A stretch of DNA of 56,795 bases from an uncultured Gammaproteobacteria bacterium (GCA_964445135.1 CAYUJW010000002.1:1-56795); one strand, 5' to 3'. Shown: positions 34,137-43,649, numbered from the stretch's first letter. Numbers and translations are program-made. The notes: generated by a model from the letters alone, not told the origin.

Positions 34137-34808
34137 TTAGTCGGTTTGAACCTCGTGAAACAGATTTCTTGAAGTGTCTATTGTGCAGTGGAGCTGCTCC
34201 CCAATTTCTGTGAGCGCTGCCCGATCGTAATGGTCGAAGGTGGCGGGCCGGAGTTCACGTCCTCGCATAATCTCAGCAGGCAACGAAAGCACTTCTTTGG
34301 CACGCAGATTGCGGATACCGGTAATGAGCGGTTGAGACGCCGTTTGGACAAGAAGGCGTAATTTGCCATTATGAGCCGCATCAAGTATCAGGAGGTTGCG
34401 ATCGATTTCGCCAACCGCAGTAGTTCTTGGGGTGGCGGCAGCCAGTATTGGCGTTATGCTTTCAAGATCAGATGGAAGTTTGGATATGGCAACGAGCCCT
34501 GCGCCAAGCACGTGTGGGTTGAGTTTTACATCGTCATCATATGCGCCCGCTTCTCGGAGGGAGGTTTCGATAAATGCATGTCGTGCCCAATATCTTGCGC
34601 GCTTTGCTTCATTTGTTTCGCTCGGAGTCACTCCACAACGCGCAAGCGCCTGCTCAATTGTCGCTCCTTCTTGAAGTGATGCCAGCAGCTCAAGTGCGCC
34701 ATCATGGCCAAATGGTTGAACGAAGCTGATAAAGCTTGAAAATGGTCGGTCGTAGGACGGCATACTGCGACGCATACGTTCTAGATGTGGTTGTGCTCGT
34801 TCAGTCAT
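34137..34808 (-). CDS. hypothetical protein
   Basis: Long ORF with the conserved promoter CCTATAGTATAAT (complement of 34815-34827) 6 nt from the ATG. No motif recognised. Confidence 0.6.
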   Translation of the reverse strand: MTERAQPHLERMRRSMPSYDRPFSSFISFVQPFGHDGALELLASLQEGATIEQALARCGVTPSETNEAKRARYWARHAFIETSLREAGAYDDDVKLNPHVLGAGLVAISKLPSDLESITPILAAATPRTTAVGEIDRNLLILDAAHNGKLRLLVQTASQPLITGIRNLRAKEVLSLPAEIMRGRELRPATFDHYDRAALTEIGEQLHCTIDTSRNLFHEVQTD

Positions 34809-34814
34809 AGAGTG

Positions 34815-34827
34815 ATTATACTATAGG
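34815..34827 (-). promoter_or_regulatory. leaderless-type promoter CCTATAGTATAAT, 6 nt before the ATG at 34808
   Basis: Reverse complement of attatactatagg. Confidence 0.55.
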
Positions 34828-35000
34828 ACATATATATTTACCAGAGCAGGTATTGGCGAGCTGGAAATAATGAATTCACCCAAGTCCCCCAACTCCGACC
34901 TCGCAGGTCGGACATGGTCAAAATCCCGGGTTTTGCCTTATTTTGCCGGTTTTCAGTTGGCGAGGCACTCGTTATGTGGCGGATGTTATTGGCCTCGTAT

Positions 35001-35036
35001 TTCCAACCGCCCCGCACATATCTTCCAACCGCCCCG
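35001..35036 (+). promoter_or_regulatory. two exact 14-bp direct repeats TTCCAACCGCCCCG spaced 22 nt start to start, immediately upstream of a TTGACT hexamer
   Basis: Copies at 35001-35014 and 35023-35036, about 125 nt upstream of the acyl-ACP desaturase start. Confidence 0.5.
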
Positions 35037-35159
35037 GTTGACTGGCTTCGAAATTACCCAAGTGTTCTTTGTCCACACCCATATTTCATTACTTCGCAAG
35101 CCTGAGAGATATGAAACTCATGTTTTCAGCAATACAAGTGTGTGTTAAAGTATGAGGAT

Positions 35160-36230
35160 ATGGCAAGTAAGGAGCATGAATCGGCACGCATTGAACAAAG
35201 AATTACCCCCCCTGATGTGCTGGCCCATCGCAACGAGCTGGTGCGGAGTCTGGATGATCGCGCGGGTGAGCTGGCGGACAAATATCTGCTCCCTGAAGAA
35301 AAGCTGTGGTTTCCGGATAAATTTATCCCACCCTCGCTTGAGGGAAAGATTGATCTGCGAGACCGGGAAGGTGTGCGTGTGCCACGACTATTGGCGGTCG
35401 TGTTGGTTGGTAATGGAATCACTGAGGATGGACTCTCAATGTTTGAAACGATGCTTAACCGAGCCGAAGGTATGGCAGATGATACCGGAGCAGATGATAC
35501 TGGGCATGCAAAGTGGTCGCGTGGGTGGACTGCTGAGGAGCTTCGTCACGGACGTGTCATTCGAAGCTATTTGGAGTGTGTTCCTACTGTTAATTTGGCA
35601 GCAGTTGATCGGATTCAACATAAGTATATCGCTGGCGGATTTGATCCGGGAATCAGGCGAGATCCGTATCGATTAGTTGTTTACCCATCCATGCAAGAGC
35701 CCGCCACAGAAACGCCGCACAAACGAACAGGACACACGGCCCACGATCACGAACTTCTTGTGCTCGCAAAGACATCAATACAAGTTGGGTCTGATGAAGG
35801 GCGACATGGCAATTACTATGCGGATATGGGGAGAGAGATAATTGCCCTCGATCCGGAGGGGTTTATCGATGAATATCACTATATTGCGCATGAGCGCATG
35901 ATGGTGATGCCGGGGGCAAACATGGACGGATTTGATGTGTTTATGAATGCGGCAATCGCGATGGATATGTACGGTCCGGCAGATTATGTAAAAATTGCGG
36001 CTGATTTGAACAAGCGGTGGGATCTGGAACATTTGAGTCTGTCCGGAGCGGCTGATGAAAAGCGGGAAATATTGCTGAGAAAATACACGCACAGCCGTGC
36101 TGAACGCTTGCGGGAAAAACAAACTGGCCGAAAAAAAGCCGCAGAATCACTTCTTGGCGCACGAATTCCCTGGTTGATGGATCCGGTGATCACCCAAGCC
36201 GATCTGGCCGAAGTTGGCCTGGCTGCTTAA
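35160..36230 (+). CDS. soluble acyl-ACP desaturase family (di-iron, DesA1/DesA2 or plant stearoyl-ACP desaturase type)
   Basis: SRGWTAEELRHGRVIRSYL (EExRH) and VGSDEGRHGNYY (DExRH) are the two di-iron ligand motifs. The track start is GTG at 35142; the first in-frame ATG is 35160. Confidence 0.85.
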   Translation: MASKEHESARIEQRITPPDVLAHRNELVRSLDDRAGELADKYLLPEEKLWFPDKFIPPSLEGKIDLRDREGVRVPRLLAVVLVGNGITEDGLSMFETMLNRAEGMADDTGADDTGHAKWSRGWTAEELRHGRVIRSYLECVPTVNLAAVDRIQHKYIAGGFDPGIRRDPYRLVVYPSMQEPATETPHKRTGHTAHDHELLVLAKTSIQVGSDEGRHGNYYADMGREIIALDPEGFIDEYHYIAHERMMVMPGANMDGFDVFMNAAIAMDMYGPADYVKIAADLNKRWDLEHLSLSGAADEKREILLRKYTHSRAERLREKQTGRKKAAESLLGARIPWLMDPVITQADLAEVGLAA

Positions 36231-37552
36231 GTTGTGTGTCTTGATGCGCGTCGCTGCAGAAGTTCTGGATTGCGCTCGCTTCGAATAGTTTGTACCATGC
36301 GAGTTGCTACGTTTGCCTCATCTGGCCTAAGGCCATATTCGTTTGGCTCAAATCCCCGCCCACTCTCAATTCCAGTGATGCCCGCATGCTCAACTGCTTG
36401 TTCAACAACCGATCCAAAAGGCGCGCTGGAGTTGACGCCTGTTGTGTCACGACGATATGCCGCATCGCCTGGAAAGTCATGATGGTTGCGTTGGTCAAGT
36501 TCGTCATAGGTTACGGCGCGAAACAATCGTTGTACCGGTCCGCTATGTCCATTTGCACCAATTGTGCCGTCATCATTTATCCGAATGTCGTAGGTTGGGC
36601 TCGTCATGGCGCGCAGCAAATCACGATCCCCTTCTCCCTCTTCAGAGTGTCCCATATGTCCGGGCCCATTGACGATCCGACTCCCGCCTGCCACTGTCAA
36701 ACTACCGATGGCGCCAGTTGTCACCACGGCCGTGACAATTCCTTTGAGCGAATAATCTTTGGAAATGGCCATGGTTGCCGCGGTGGCGATGGCGCCGGCC
36801 GCAATCACTTTCTTTTTGGTGCTTGGCCAGGGGCGAGTTGGGTCCTTCGGTTGCAAGTCAGGCGACATAAGCTGCGGATTGCGCTTGTAACACTTGCCAA
36901 TTTCGGCATATCTGCGAGCCGAACCGATCAAGGTTTGTCGTACCCCATTTATTTGCCCTTTTTTATCTGGCCCAATGAGTGCTGGAGAGTGAGGATCAAT
37001 GAGCATATATCCTTCAATCTCATCTTGAGTGTAGCCCTCCCCTTTCCCCTTTTTTGTCATTTCAGGGTAATAATATCGAGGATCTTTGTTGTACAGCAGA
37101 TGATCGAGTTGTTCAGGAGAGTAATCAATTGTTGGTGCCTGGTAGCGATCACCAAGCCTGGTTTGAACCTGCTCTTCGGCAAATCTCCCCAGCTCCACCA
37201 CCTCGTCGCGGGTAAATGTTGGCACAAACGGATCAAGGCCGGCATATTCTGTCGGAACTGGTATATCCTGACTTTCGGCGGCCACAATTGCCCGCTTCAG
37301 ATCTAAAAAGACTTTTCCGTTTACATCCGCCCATTCATGGTGCGTGCGATGAATCTCAGACCAAACCTCAGGAATCGAGCCAATTGATTCTTGCAAAAAG
37401 CGCAGGGCTTTTTCCGCATGTGGCCGGAGCTCAACTGCATGGTGTGTTTTAAATCGATGTGATTCAAGTACCACCGCTGCTCCACGTGCGACGGCAAGAG
37501 TCGCTCCAATTGCACTGCCCACAACGGCCGGATGGGTGAGGTGTTCTTTCAT
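36227..37552 (-). CDS. membrane fatty-acid desaturase-like protein (divergent, with a long insertion)
   Basis: Three His boxes in the canonical order: ESHRFKTHH, SEIHRTHHEWAD, QRNHHDFPGDAAY (compare HRxxxH, HRxHH, HNxHHxFP of acyl-CoA/lipid desaturases). Hydrophobic segments lie at the N-terminus and mid-protein. Confidence 0.6.
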   Translation of the reverse strand: MKEHLTHPAVVGSAIGATLAVARGAAVVLESHRFKTHHAVELRPHAEKALRFLQESIGSIPEVWSEIHRTHHEWADVNGKVFLDLKRAIVAAESQDIPVPTEYAGLDPFVPTFTRDEVVELGRFAEEQVQTRLGDRYQAPTIDYSPEQLDHLLYNKDPRYYYPEMTKKGKGEGYTQDEIEGYMLIDPHSPALIGPDKKGQINGVRQTLIGSARRYAEIGKCYKRNPQLMSPDLQPKDPTRPWPSTKKKVIAAGAIATAATMAISKDYSLKGIVTAVVTTGAIGSLTVAGGSRIVNGPGHMGHSEEGEGDRDLLRAMTSPTYDIRINDDGTIGANGHSGPVQRLFRAVTYDELDQRNHHDFPGDAAYRRDTTGVNSSAPFGSVVEQAVEHAGITGIESGRGFEPNEYGLRPDEANVATRMVQTIRSERNPELLQRRASRHTT

Positions 37553-37607
37553 GGTTGGTACATTGTACCACGGCCTAAATCACTCTGTCTAGTGTGCAAA
37601 AAACATC

Positions 37608-37623
37608 AAACCTATAGTATAAT
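37608..37623 (+). promoter_or_regulatory. leaderless-type promoter AAACCTATAGTATAAT, 8 nt before the sigma-factor ATG
   Basis: TATAAT at 37618-37623, ATG at 37632, no Shine-Dalgarno. The same 14-mer occurs at 39068-39081. Confidence 0.6.
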
Positions 37624-37631
37624 GCGGAAAT

Positions 37632-39032
37632 ATGAACGAGCGAGAAAGAGTCCAGATTGCACAAACACCAGAGGCTGAACACGCTTCCCCATCACTTCTG
37701 TGGGCGCAACAAGACTACCTGTCAGAACTTCTCGCAGCACGCTATCGCAATCCTGACGTCGCCAATTTTGACGAACTTGTACAGCTTAGTGCGCTTCCGC
37801 CTGATCACGCAAGCAAGATGAAAAAGCAGACAAAAGATGCGTTGGGAAAGGACATGGATACGGGCATTATTGATGAGTTTGAAGGGCAACTTCATGAATC
37901 CGGAGCGCCCATGGGGATTGATCCAAAAGATGTTGACTATGATCAATCGTGGCGCACATGCCGCATGCTTGCTAGAAAATTGCGCATGCGCCAGGACTCG
38001 TCTCAGAAAGGGCGCGACCTCAGCCAACTTGACTCATATGGTCACATGAAGTACACGCTTGGAGAACACCACTTACTTGAGCCGGGCGAAGAACATGCGC
38101 TATCTGCCATCATTTGGAGCGCACGATCTCAGTTGTCACTTGCCCGCCCTGATTTGGGGCAGATATTGCGAAGTGGAAGGTATGAAGAGAAGTCAGTTGA
38201 CGCAATTGCAAAGGATTTGGCAGATGAGCCTCACCTGCGACAACTTTTTCAACACTATCGCGAGGCGCTCGATACCCTCACGCTTTATAATCAACGATTG
38301 GCGCTTGGATATCTTGCCACTCGCTCCACATCGGGCGTACGAAGTGAAGAGGTGATGGTTGGGGCACAGCTTGGGTTGCGCCGAGCAGCCGAGCTATATG
38401 ATGCATCGACTGGGCTCAAGTTTTCGACGTTTGCAACTCCATGGTTGCGACAATCTGTAGACCGGGAAGTGGCGCGCGCCGATCTCATACAACTTCCGGC
38501 GCGAGTGCGGGAGCAACGAAGCGTCTTAAACGGGGTAATTGCTGAGATTACTTCGACAATTGGACGCGTGCCAACAGCCGAGGAGATTGCTTTACACATT
38601 GAACAGCTGAAAAAAAATATGGACCGCAATGATTCTGCGCCAAAGCGTTATGACGGCTTAACAGCTGAGGCAATTGCCCGCTTACTGCATGGACCGCGAG
38701 TCGCTGCATCGCTTGATAAGGTGGCTGATGAGGACGATCCAGACTCACGAACATTGTATGAAACAGCGCGCGTGGGCATAACGGATGATGTGGCAATGAT
38801 TGAGGCAGAGCTTGCCCTACGAAGCATGGCGGATAAGGCTGGCTTTACCTCTGAGGAACGAATGGTTTTTAGCGCAATTATGAAGAGCGGTGCATCGCTT
38901 GGCCAAGCTGGGCTTATCCATCTCTTGGAAGAGGAACAAGATTTAAAGCCAAACAGAGCGCGAACGCTTGTGCGCCGCGTTCGGGAAAAGCTTCGCAATT
39001 TAGAAGAGTATGCCGATCTGGTAAATGAGTAA
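37632..39032 (+). CDS. sigma-70 family RNA polymerase sigma factor with full regions 1.2-4 (primary-like)
   Basis: Region 2: GAQLGLRRAAELYDASTGLKFSTFATPWLRQSVDREV. Then LIQLPARVREQ (region 2.4/3.0), GRVPTAEEIA (region 3), and SEERMVFSAIM...RARTLVRRVREKLRN (region 4). Confidence 0.85.
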   Translation: MNERERVQIAQTPEAEHASPSLLWAQQDYLSELLAARYRNPDVANFDELVQLSALPPDHASKMKKQTKDALGKDMDTGIIDEFEGQLHESGAPMGIDPKDVDYDQSWRTCRMLARKLRMRQDSSQKGRDLSQLDSYGHMKYTLGEHHLLEPGEEHALSAIIWSARSQLSLARPDLGQILRSGRYEEKSVDAIAKDLADEPHLRQLFQHYREALDTLTLYNQRLALGYLATRSTSGVRSEEVMVGAQLGLRRAAELYDASTGLKFSTFATPWLRQSVDREVARADLIQLPARVREQRSVLNGVIAEITSTIGRVPTAEEIALHIEQLKKNMDRNDSAPKRYDGLTAEAIARLLHGPRVAASLDKVADEDDPDSRTLYETARVGITDDVAMIEAELALRSMADKAGFTSEERMVFSAIMKSGASLGQAGLIHLLEEEQDLKPNRARTLVRRVREKLRNLEEYADLVNE

Positions 39033-39067
39033 TCTGCGACCCGGTACGTGTTTGTTGTATTCAGAAT

Positions 39068-39083
39068 AAACCTATAGTATACT
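39068..39083 (+). promoter_or_regulatory. leaderless-type promoter AAACCTATAGTATACT, 6 nt before the second sigma ATG
   Basis: TATACT at 39078-39083, ATG at 39090. Confidence 0.6.
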
Positions 39084-39089
39084 TGGTAA

Positions 39090-40361
39090 ATGAAAAAGGA
39101 AGGATACTCTTCGCTGCCTGAAATCAGTAAGCTACGCATTGAGCGCAATCACAAATCACCGTTTGAACACCTTGTTCCACAAGCAGGTGTCCCTTGGAGT
39201 ACTGCTGACTTTTTGATTGAATCTTCGCGCGCCGTCTTGCACCATGGTCCTCTCTCTCTTGATGAAGCGGTACACCTCTGCCCCCTTCCCAAACAGCATG
39301 CTGAAAAAGTAATGCGAGGCATTGGTGAGCTGAATCCAGAGCATAACGGTAAAAAAAGTGCCGCAGCACAGGTGTGGGATGAGTTGTCCAGGGACGCCGT
39401 CTTTGCCCAATGGATGCATCCCGCCTTACACGTTGTTGACCCCGCAGACTATGAAAAATACGCGCAGCATGCACAATCGCTTTATCTGCGATTTACCAAC
39501 CAAGCTGACAATTCCTCACCAATTGCGGCGCTTGGCAAAGGCAATGAATCGGAAAACATGCGTCGAGCGCGCAATCATGAGCTGATTGATGCGAGCGATA
39601 CCTATGCGTTATCGGCCGTGGTGTGGGGTGCACGAAGTGAAGTATCCAAGCATTGTCCGGTGGCTGGCCATGCAATGAGGGCTGGAAAAAGAGCGGAGTT
39701 TGCAAGTGCACCAGATGACAAACAGCCATATTTACAGGCATTACATGAGCAATATACCTGTGCCATTGATGTGCTTGTTGGATCAAGCCAACGGTTGGCA
39801 CGTGATATGGTATTGGGAATGCGTGCACGGCGCAATTATAGTCATGAAGACATGTTTGCAGATGCGCAGTTTGGCCTGCGGCGAGCCGCTGAGCTTTACG
39901 ATGCTTCAATGGGCTATGAATTTTCAACGTTTGCAACCAAGTGGATCCGCCAGGCGGTGGGCCGTGGGTATGAGCGTACAACGAAAGCAGATAAACAGCC
40001 GGTGCGACTCGATGCGCTTGCTCATACGCCAGAAGGTGAAGAGCTTTTAGCAATCGCTGAGCCCAGTTATGTGGAAATTGAGGATATAGGTGCCTCTGGC
40101 GCAATTGCCTCAATGCTCGCCTATTCCCACACGACGCCCTTGATGCGTGAAGGCTCCATTGCAATTATTCGTGATGTTTTGAGTGCAATTCAAGCCGAGC
40201 CAGATGGTACGCACATGCAAGAAATATACGAGCAGCTGGCCGGCAAATATGAGAAAAAGCCAACGGCCATTGCCGCCCTTGCACAGCGTTTCTTCAAGTC
40301 GGTTCGCGAAAATTCAAATCCGAGTGCGGTCCGTCACGAGATACGCATTGCCACCTCATAA
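39090..40361 (+). CDS. sigma-70-like paralogue with a conserved region 2 and degenerate or absent regions 3-4
   Basis: DAQFGLRRAAELYDASMGYEFSTFATKWIRQAVGRG is nearly identical in pattern to the upstream gene, and the N-terminal region is also paralogous (YALSAVVWGARSE vs HALSAIIWSARSQ). No IRxP.H block follows region 2. Confidence 0.7.
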   Translation: MKKEGYSSLPEISKLRIERNHKSPFEHLVPQAGVPWSTADFLIESSRAVLHHGPLSLDEAVHLCPLPKQHAEKVMRGIGELNPEHNGKKSAAAQVWDELSRDAVFAQWMHPALHVVDPADYEKYAQHAQSLYLRFTNQADNSSPIAALGKGNESENMRRARNHELIDASDTYALSAVVWGARSEVSKHCPVAGHAMRAGKRAEFASAPDDKQPYLQALHEQYTCAIDVLVGSSQRLARDMVLGMRARRNYSHEDMFADAQFGLRRAAELYDASMGYEFSTFATKWIRQAVGRGYERTTKADKQPVRLDALAHTPEGEELLAIAEPSYVEIEDIGASGAIASMLAYSHTTPLMREGSIAIIRDVLSAIQAEPDGTHMQEIYEQLAGKYEKKPTAIAALAQRFFKSVRENSNPSAVRHEIRIATS

Positions 40362-40423
40362 TGTGCGCACACTTTATGTCCCATGCCTTGCTGTCGGCGC
40401 GGGGCACGTGATATAGTGATGGT

Positions 40424-41491
40424 ATGAATGATCTGCATCAGAACTTGTCGCGTATTCTGCGTGAACACATCAGTCGTCATGTGATGCCGGGGGCGGTGGT
40501 TGGTGTCATGTCAAAGCATCTTGATACTCCGCTTATTGTGTGTGGTGGCCAGCTGACATATGAAAGTACGGCGCCGAAGGTTGATCAAAACACCGTGTAT
40601 GATGTTGCATCTTTGACCAAAGTTGTTCCGACTTCACTGCTTGCGCTCATGTTTATTGACCAGGGACATATTGAGCTTGACGGTCTCATGACGGATTATC
40701 TTCCCGGGTATCGCGGGGCATATCGTGATGAGATTACCATAAAACACTTACTTTCCTACACCGTTGATTGGGGCATATCAATGTCATCTCTGGTGAACCT
40801 GAAGGCAGATGAGATATACCACACGTTGTATAACGCGACGCCGAAGCAGCCCCCCGGCACCTCAACACGGTACTGCAATGCAACGGCAATTTTATTGGGG
40901 CTTATACTGGAGCGAGTTTCGGGTGTGCGACTTGATCGTTTGGCCCAACAAATGCTCTTTGATCCACTGCACATGAAACGAACCGGCTTTGCACCGTCGG
41001 AGTTTTTGGATATTGAGCAAGATGTAGCCCCAAGCGAGCAATTGCCAGATGGCACGCCGTGCCTGGGTGTTGTGCACGATGAGTCTGCGCGCGCGCTGCA
41101 GAAAGCAGACGTAATTCCCGGTTCAGCTGGGCTGTTTTCCACCGTGCCTGACTTGCTGCAAGTGGTTGGGTTGCTGCTGGATCATGGAGTATATGATGGT
41201 CGTCCCATCCTCTCTGAAGCCGTGATTGAGCACGCCATGAAGCCGGCGTTTGAGGGGTTAAAGCCAGCACCTATGGGATTGGGCTGGTCAGTTGGTCCAA
41301 GTGAAACAGTCGGTCATGTTCCAACATCCGCCGTATATAAAACTGGATTTACCGGATGCTTGATGTATGTTGACGTGGTGGCGGAGCTTGGAGTAGTCGT
41401 GCTTACCAATCACACCTACCCGACCCGTCAGCCAGACTATATGTTGCGCAATCAACTCTTTCAAGAACTATTGGAAACGGTAACTGCCTGA
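40424..41491 (+). CDS. beta-lactamase-fold serine hydrolase (class C/DD-peptidase-like)
   Basis: All three signature motifs are present in order: ASLTK (SxxK), YCN (YxN), KTGFTG (KTG). Confidence 0.85.
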   Translation: MNDLHQNLSRILREHISRHVMPGAVVGVMSKHLDTPLIVCGGQLTYESTAPKVDQNTVYDVASLTKVVPTSLLALMFIDQGHIELDGLMTDYLPGYRGAYRDEITIKHLLSYTVDWGISMSSLVNLKADEIYHTLYNATPKQPPGTSTRYCNATAILLGLILERVSGVRLDRLAQQMLFDPLHMKRTGFAPSEFLDIEQDVAPSEQLPDGTPCLGVVHDESARALQKADVIPGSAGLFSTVPDLLQVVGLLLDHGVYDGRPILSEAVIEHAMKPAFEGLKPAPMGLGWSVGPSETVGHVPTSAVYKTGFTGCLMYVDVVAELGVVVLTNHTYPTRQPDYMLRNQLFQELLETVTA

Positions 41492-41502
41492 TGCGCGCGC
41501 GC

Positions 41503-42522
41503 TCACTTTGCACGGCGCGCGAGCAATTCCCCGGCCATAGTGTGTGTGCGCTTGGCAAATTCCTGCATAGTGTCTTCTGTGGCGACCGCTTGTCCATCAG
41601 CAACGTATGATTGTCCAGGACTGTTTGCCGAACGAAGTGGCCACATACCAAATGCCGTTTCGGCAATACCCATCTTCGATCCCCCCACATCATTTTGAAG
41701 AGTCACTCTGACAAACTTTTCGTCAGCATTTACCCCGAATCCGACCGTGTATATTGGTTGTGTGGGACGTGCACCGCGCACATCGGCGTGTGACAATGCG
41801 AGGTGGTAGGAATGCATCGCCTTCAGGTATGCGTCAACATGAATGAGATAGCTTGCAACCTGCAGGTTATCGGTTGGCAACGGGACATTCATGGTCCACT
41901 GATTAGGCATTTCTTCATGAATGTGCACGCGCGCCTCGGGAAGCATTTCCGCGCTCTGCCTGGCCATATGGCGCGTCACCGGTTCGAGTCTTTCCATTCG
42001 ACATGAGCGCTTTTGTTGTATAAATGTCAAAATTTGCTCATCAGTTACTGAATCAACATGGGTTCGCGACTCGGGGCAAGGCATAGTAAAGCATTGAAAA
42101 TGAAGATTCTTCCAGCCTTGGCTCGACTCAACATTGGGTTCATTTTGAGGGCCCATATTATAGCCTGCCCCTCGTCGATCTGGGTCATCTGCCAAAAAAT
42201 CGTAAGCCACCTCAATCATTTGTGCAATTGATGAGGGATCAAGATTTTGCAGGTCATAATAACTGGGAACTTCGTGATTATGTGCAAATAGGAGAAAGTG
42301 GGCACTCTCCGATTCTTGCGGATTGCAGTAAGGGCTTCCGGCCACTGCTGCCCACAAATTCACATCCGGTTCAAGAGGAATGGAGCCAATAAGTGAGCCT
42401 TCATTTTGCATGATTTCAAACATCACTTCTGGTTGTTGGTTGATGCGAACCTTGTGCTCAGGGGAATAGCCGCTTGGTACGCGGGTCAGTGAAGGAACAA
42501 CAAACTCGCGATGGCTAGACAT
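41503..42522 (-). CDS. hypothetical protein
   Basis: Long ORF. WKNLHFQCF is vaguely HIT/GalT-like, which is not enough for a call. Confidence 0.55.
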   Translation of the reverse strand: MSSHREFVVPSLTRVPSGYSPEHKVRINQQPEVMFEIMQNEGSLIGSIPLEPDVNLWAAVAGSPYCNPQESESAHFLLFAHNHEVPSYYDLQNLDPSSIAQMIEVAYDFLADDPDRRGAGYNMGPQNEPNVESSQGWKNLHFQCFTMPCPESRTHVDSVTDEQILTFIQQKRSCRMERLEPVTRHMARQSAEMLPEARVHIHEEMPNQWTMNVPLPTDNLQVASYLIHVDAYLKAMHSYHLALSHADVRGARPTQPIYTVGFGVNADEKFVRVTLQNDVGGSKMGIAETAFGMWPLRSANSPGQSYVADGQAVATEDTMQEFAKRTHTMAGELLARRAK

Positions 42523-42548
42523 AAGATGTGAAGTGATGCTTTTTTTTA

Positions 42549-42821
42549 TTAAATCCTTAATGGAGATTCTACACCCATTGATTCATAAAGGTGAGTAACA
42601 CCTGTGGGCGCCTCAGCTACAGCTTGTGGCACTTCGGTGGGTGTGGAGGACAGCTCAGTTTGATACTTAGCACGTTGTTGCGCAAGCTGAGCGCTGAGCA
42701 TCCTGTCGAGCACTGTGGGTCCAACATTCCTGACGCAGGACAAAACTTGCTCTGTCGTTGGTGGATTGTGCTCCCGTTCCGTCGGTTGCGGATATTGTGT
42801 AATTGGCCTTTCCTCTTTCAT
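42549..42821 (-). CDS. small hypothetical protein (90 aa)
   Basis: TATACT (complement of 42828-42833) lies 6 nt from the ATG. It sits directly upstream of 41503..42522 on the same strand. Confidence 0.4.
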   Translation of the reverse strand: MKEERPITQYPQPTEREHNPPTTEQVLSCVRNVGPTVLDRMLSAQLAQQRAKYQTELSSTPTEVPQAVAEAPTGVTHLYESMGVESPLRI

Positions 42822-42971
42822 TTACATAGTATAAAACACACGTTTTGGAGTATATTGACAGAACGCTGACATTATTTTACATCTGGTGCACTCATTAGCG
42901 CAATCGACAAAACCTCACAAGAGCCAACGCCAGGTTATTTTCCTCCTTTTTGAATAAGGTAAAATAGAAGT

Positions 42972-43649
42972 ATGTTTCCCCTATCCGATGTAAATATCCG
43001 GCGCACATTTCCGCTGGTAAACTATCTGATTATCATCGCAAACATTGTGGTGTTTTTGCTTGAGCTTGGAGCATATAACACGGACACATTTATCAATACG
43101 TATGCATTTGTCCCTTCTCGTTTTGTGTGGACTGATCCGTCATCGTATGCGCCAATATTGTATGCGATGTTTATGCATGGAAGCCTGATGCATATACTGG
43201 GAAATATGTGGTTTCTGCATGTGTTTGGCGATAATATCGAAGACACATTTGGACATATCAAATACCTACTGTTTTATATAGCTGGCGGGGTCATTGCCGC
43301 ATTTGCCCAGTATGTACTGATGCCCACAACTAGCATTCCCCTTCTTGGTGCATCAGGTGCCGTAGCGGCAGTGGCCGGAGCATATTTTGTATTATTTCGC
43401 AACTCACAGATCAAAACGCTTGTTGCACTCATTGTTATCTGGACTATTGTACGAGTTCCCGCATGGATCATACTCGGCTATTGGTTTCTTATCCAGCTAG
43501 TGTCTGGCTTTGGGTCGCTTGGGCAAGTGGGCAATGCAGATGTAGGTGGGGTTGCTTTTTGGGCACACATTGGAGGATTTGTCTTTGGGTGTGTAGTTGC
43601 GCTCTTGATCAGCAAAACAACTCACTATAATAACAATTATGACGCGTGA
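42972..43649 (+). CDS. rhomboid-family intramembrane serine protease
   Basis: HGSLMHILGNMWFL (HxxxN), GASGAVAAVAGAY (GxSG), AHIGGFVFG (catalytic His). Confidence 0.85.
   Translation: MFPLSDVNIRRTFPLVNYLIIIANIVVFLLELGAYNTDTFINTYAFVPSRFVWTDPSSYAPILYAMFMHGSLMHILGNMWFLHVFGDNIEDTFGHIKYLLFYIAGGVIAAFAQYVLMPTTSIPLLGASGAVAAVAGAYFVLFRNSQIKTLVALIVIWTIVRVPAWIILGYWFLIQLVSGFGSLGQVGNADVGGVAFWAHIGGFVFGCVVALLISKTTHYNNNYDA

Noticed and set aside
36290-37306. 338-aa plus-strand ORF inside the membrane desaturase-like gene
   Set aside because: It is antisense to an ORF that has three ordered His boxes and a leaderless promoter. The plus-strand product has no motifs, is Cys/Arg-rich, and is probably spurious.
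39493-40164. 223-aa minus-strand ORF inside the second sigma gene
   Set aside because: It is antisense to a frame with an unmistakable sigma-70 region 2, and it is His/Gln/Pro-rich with no recognisable features.
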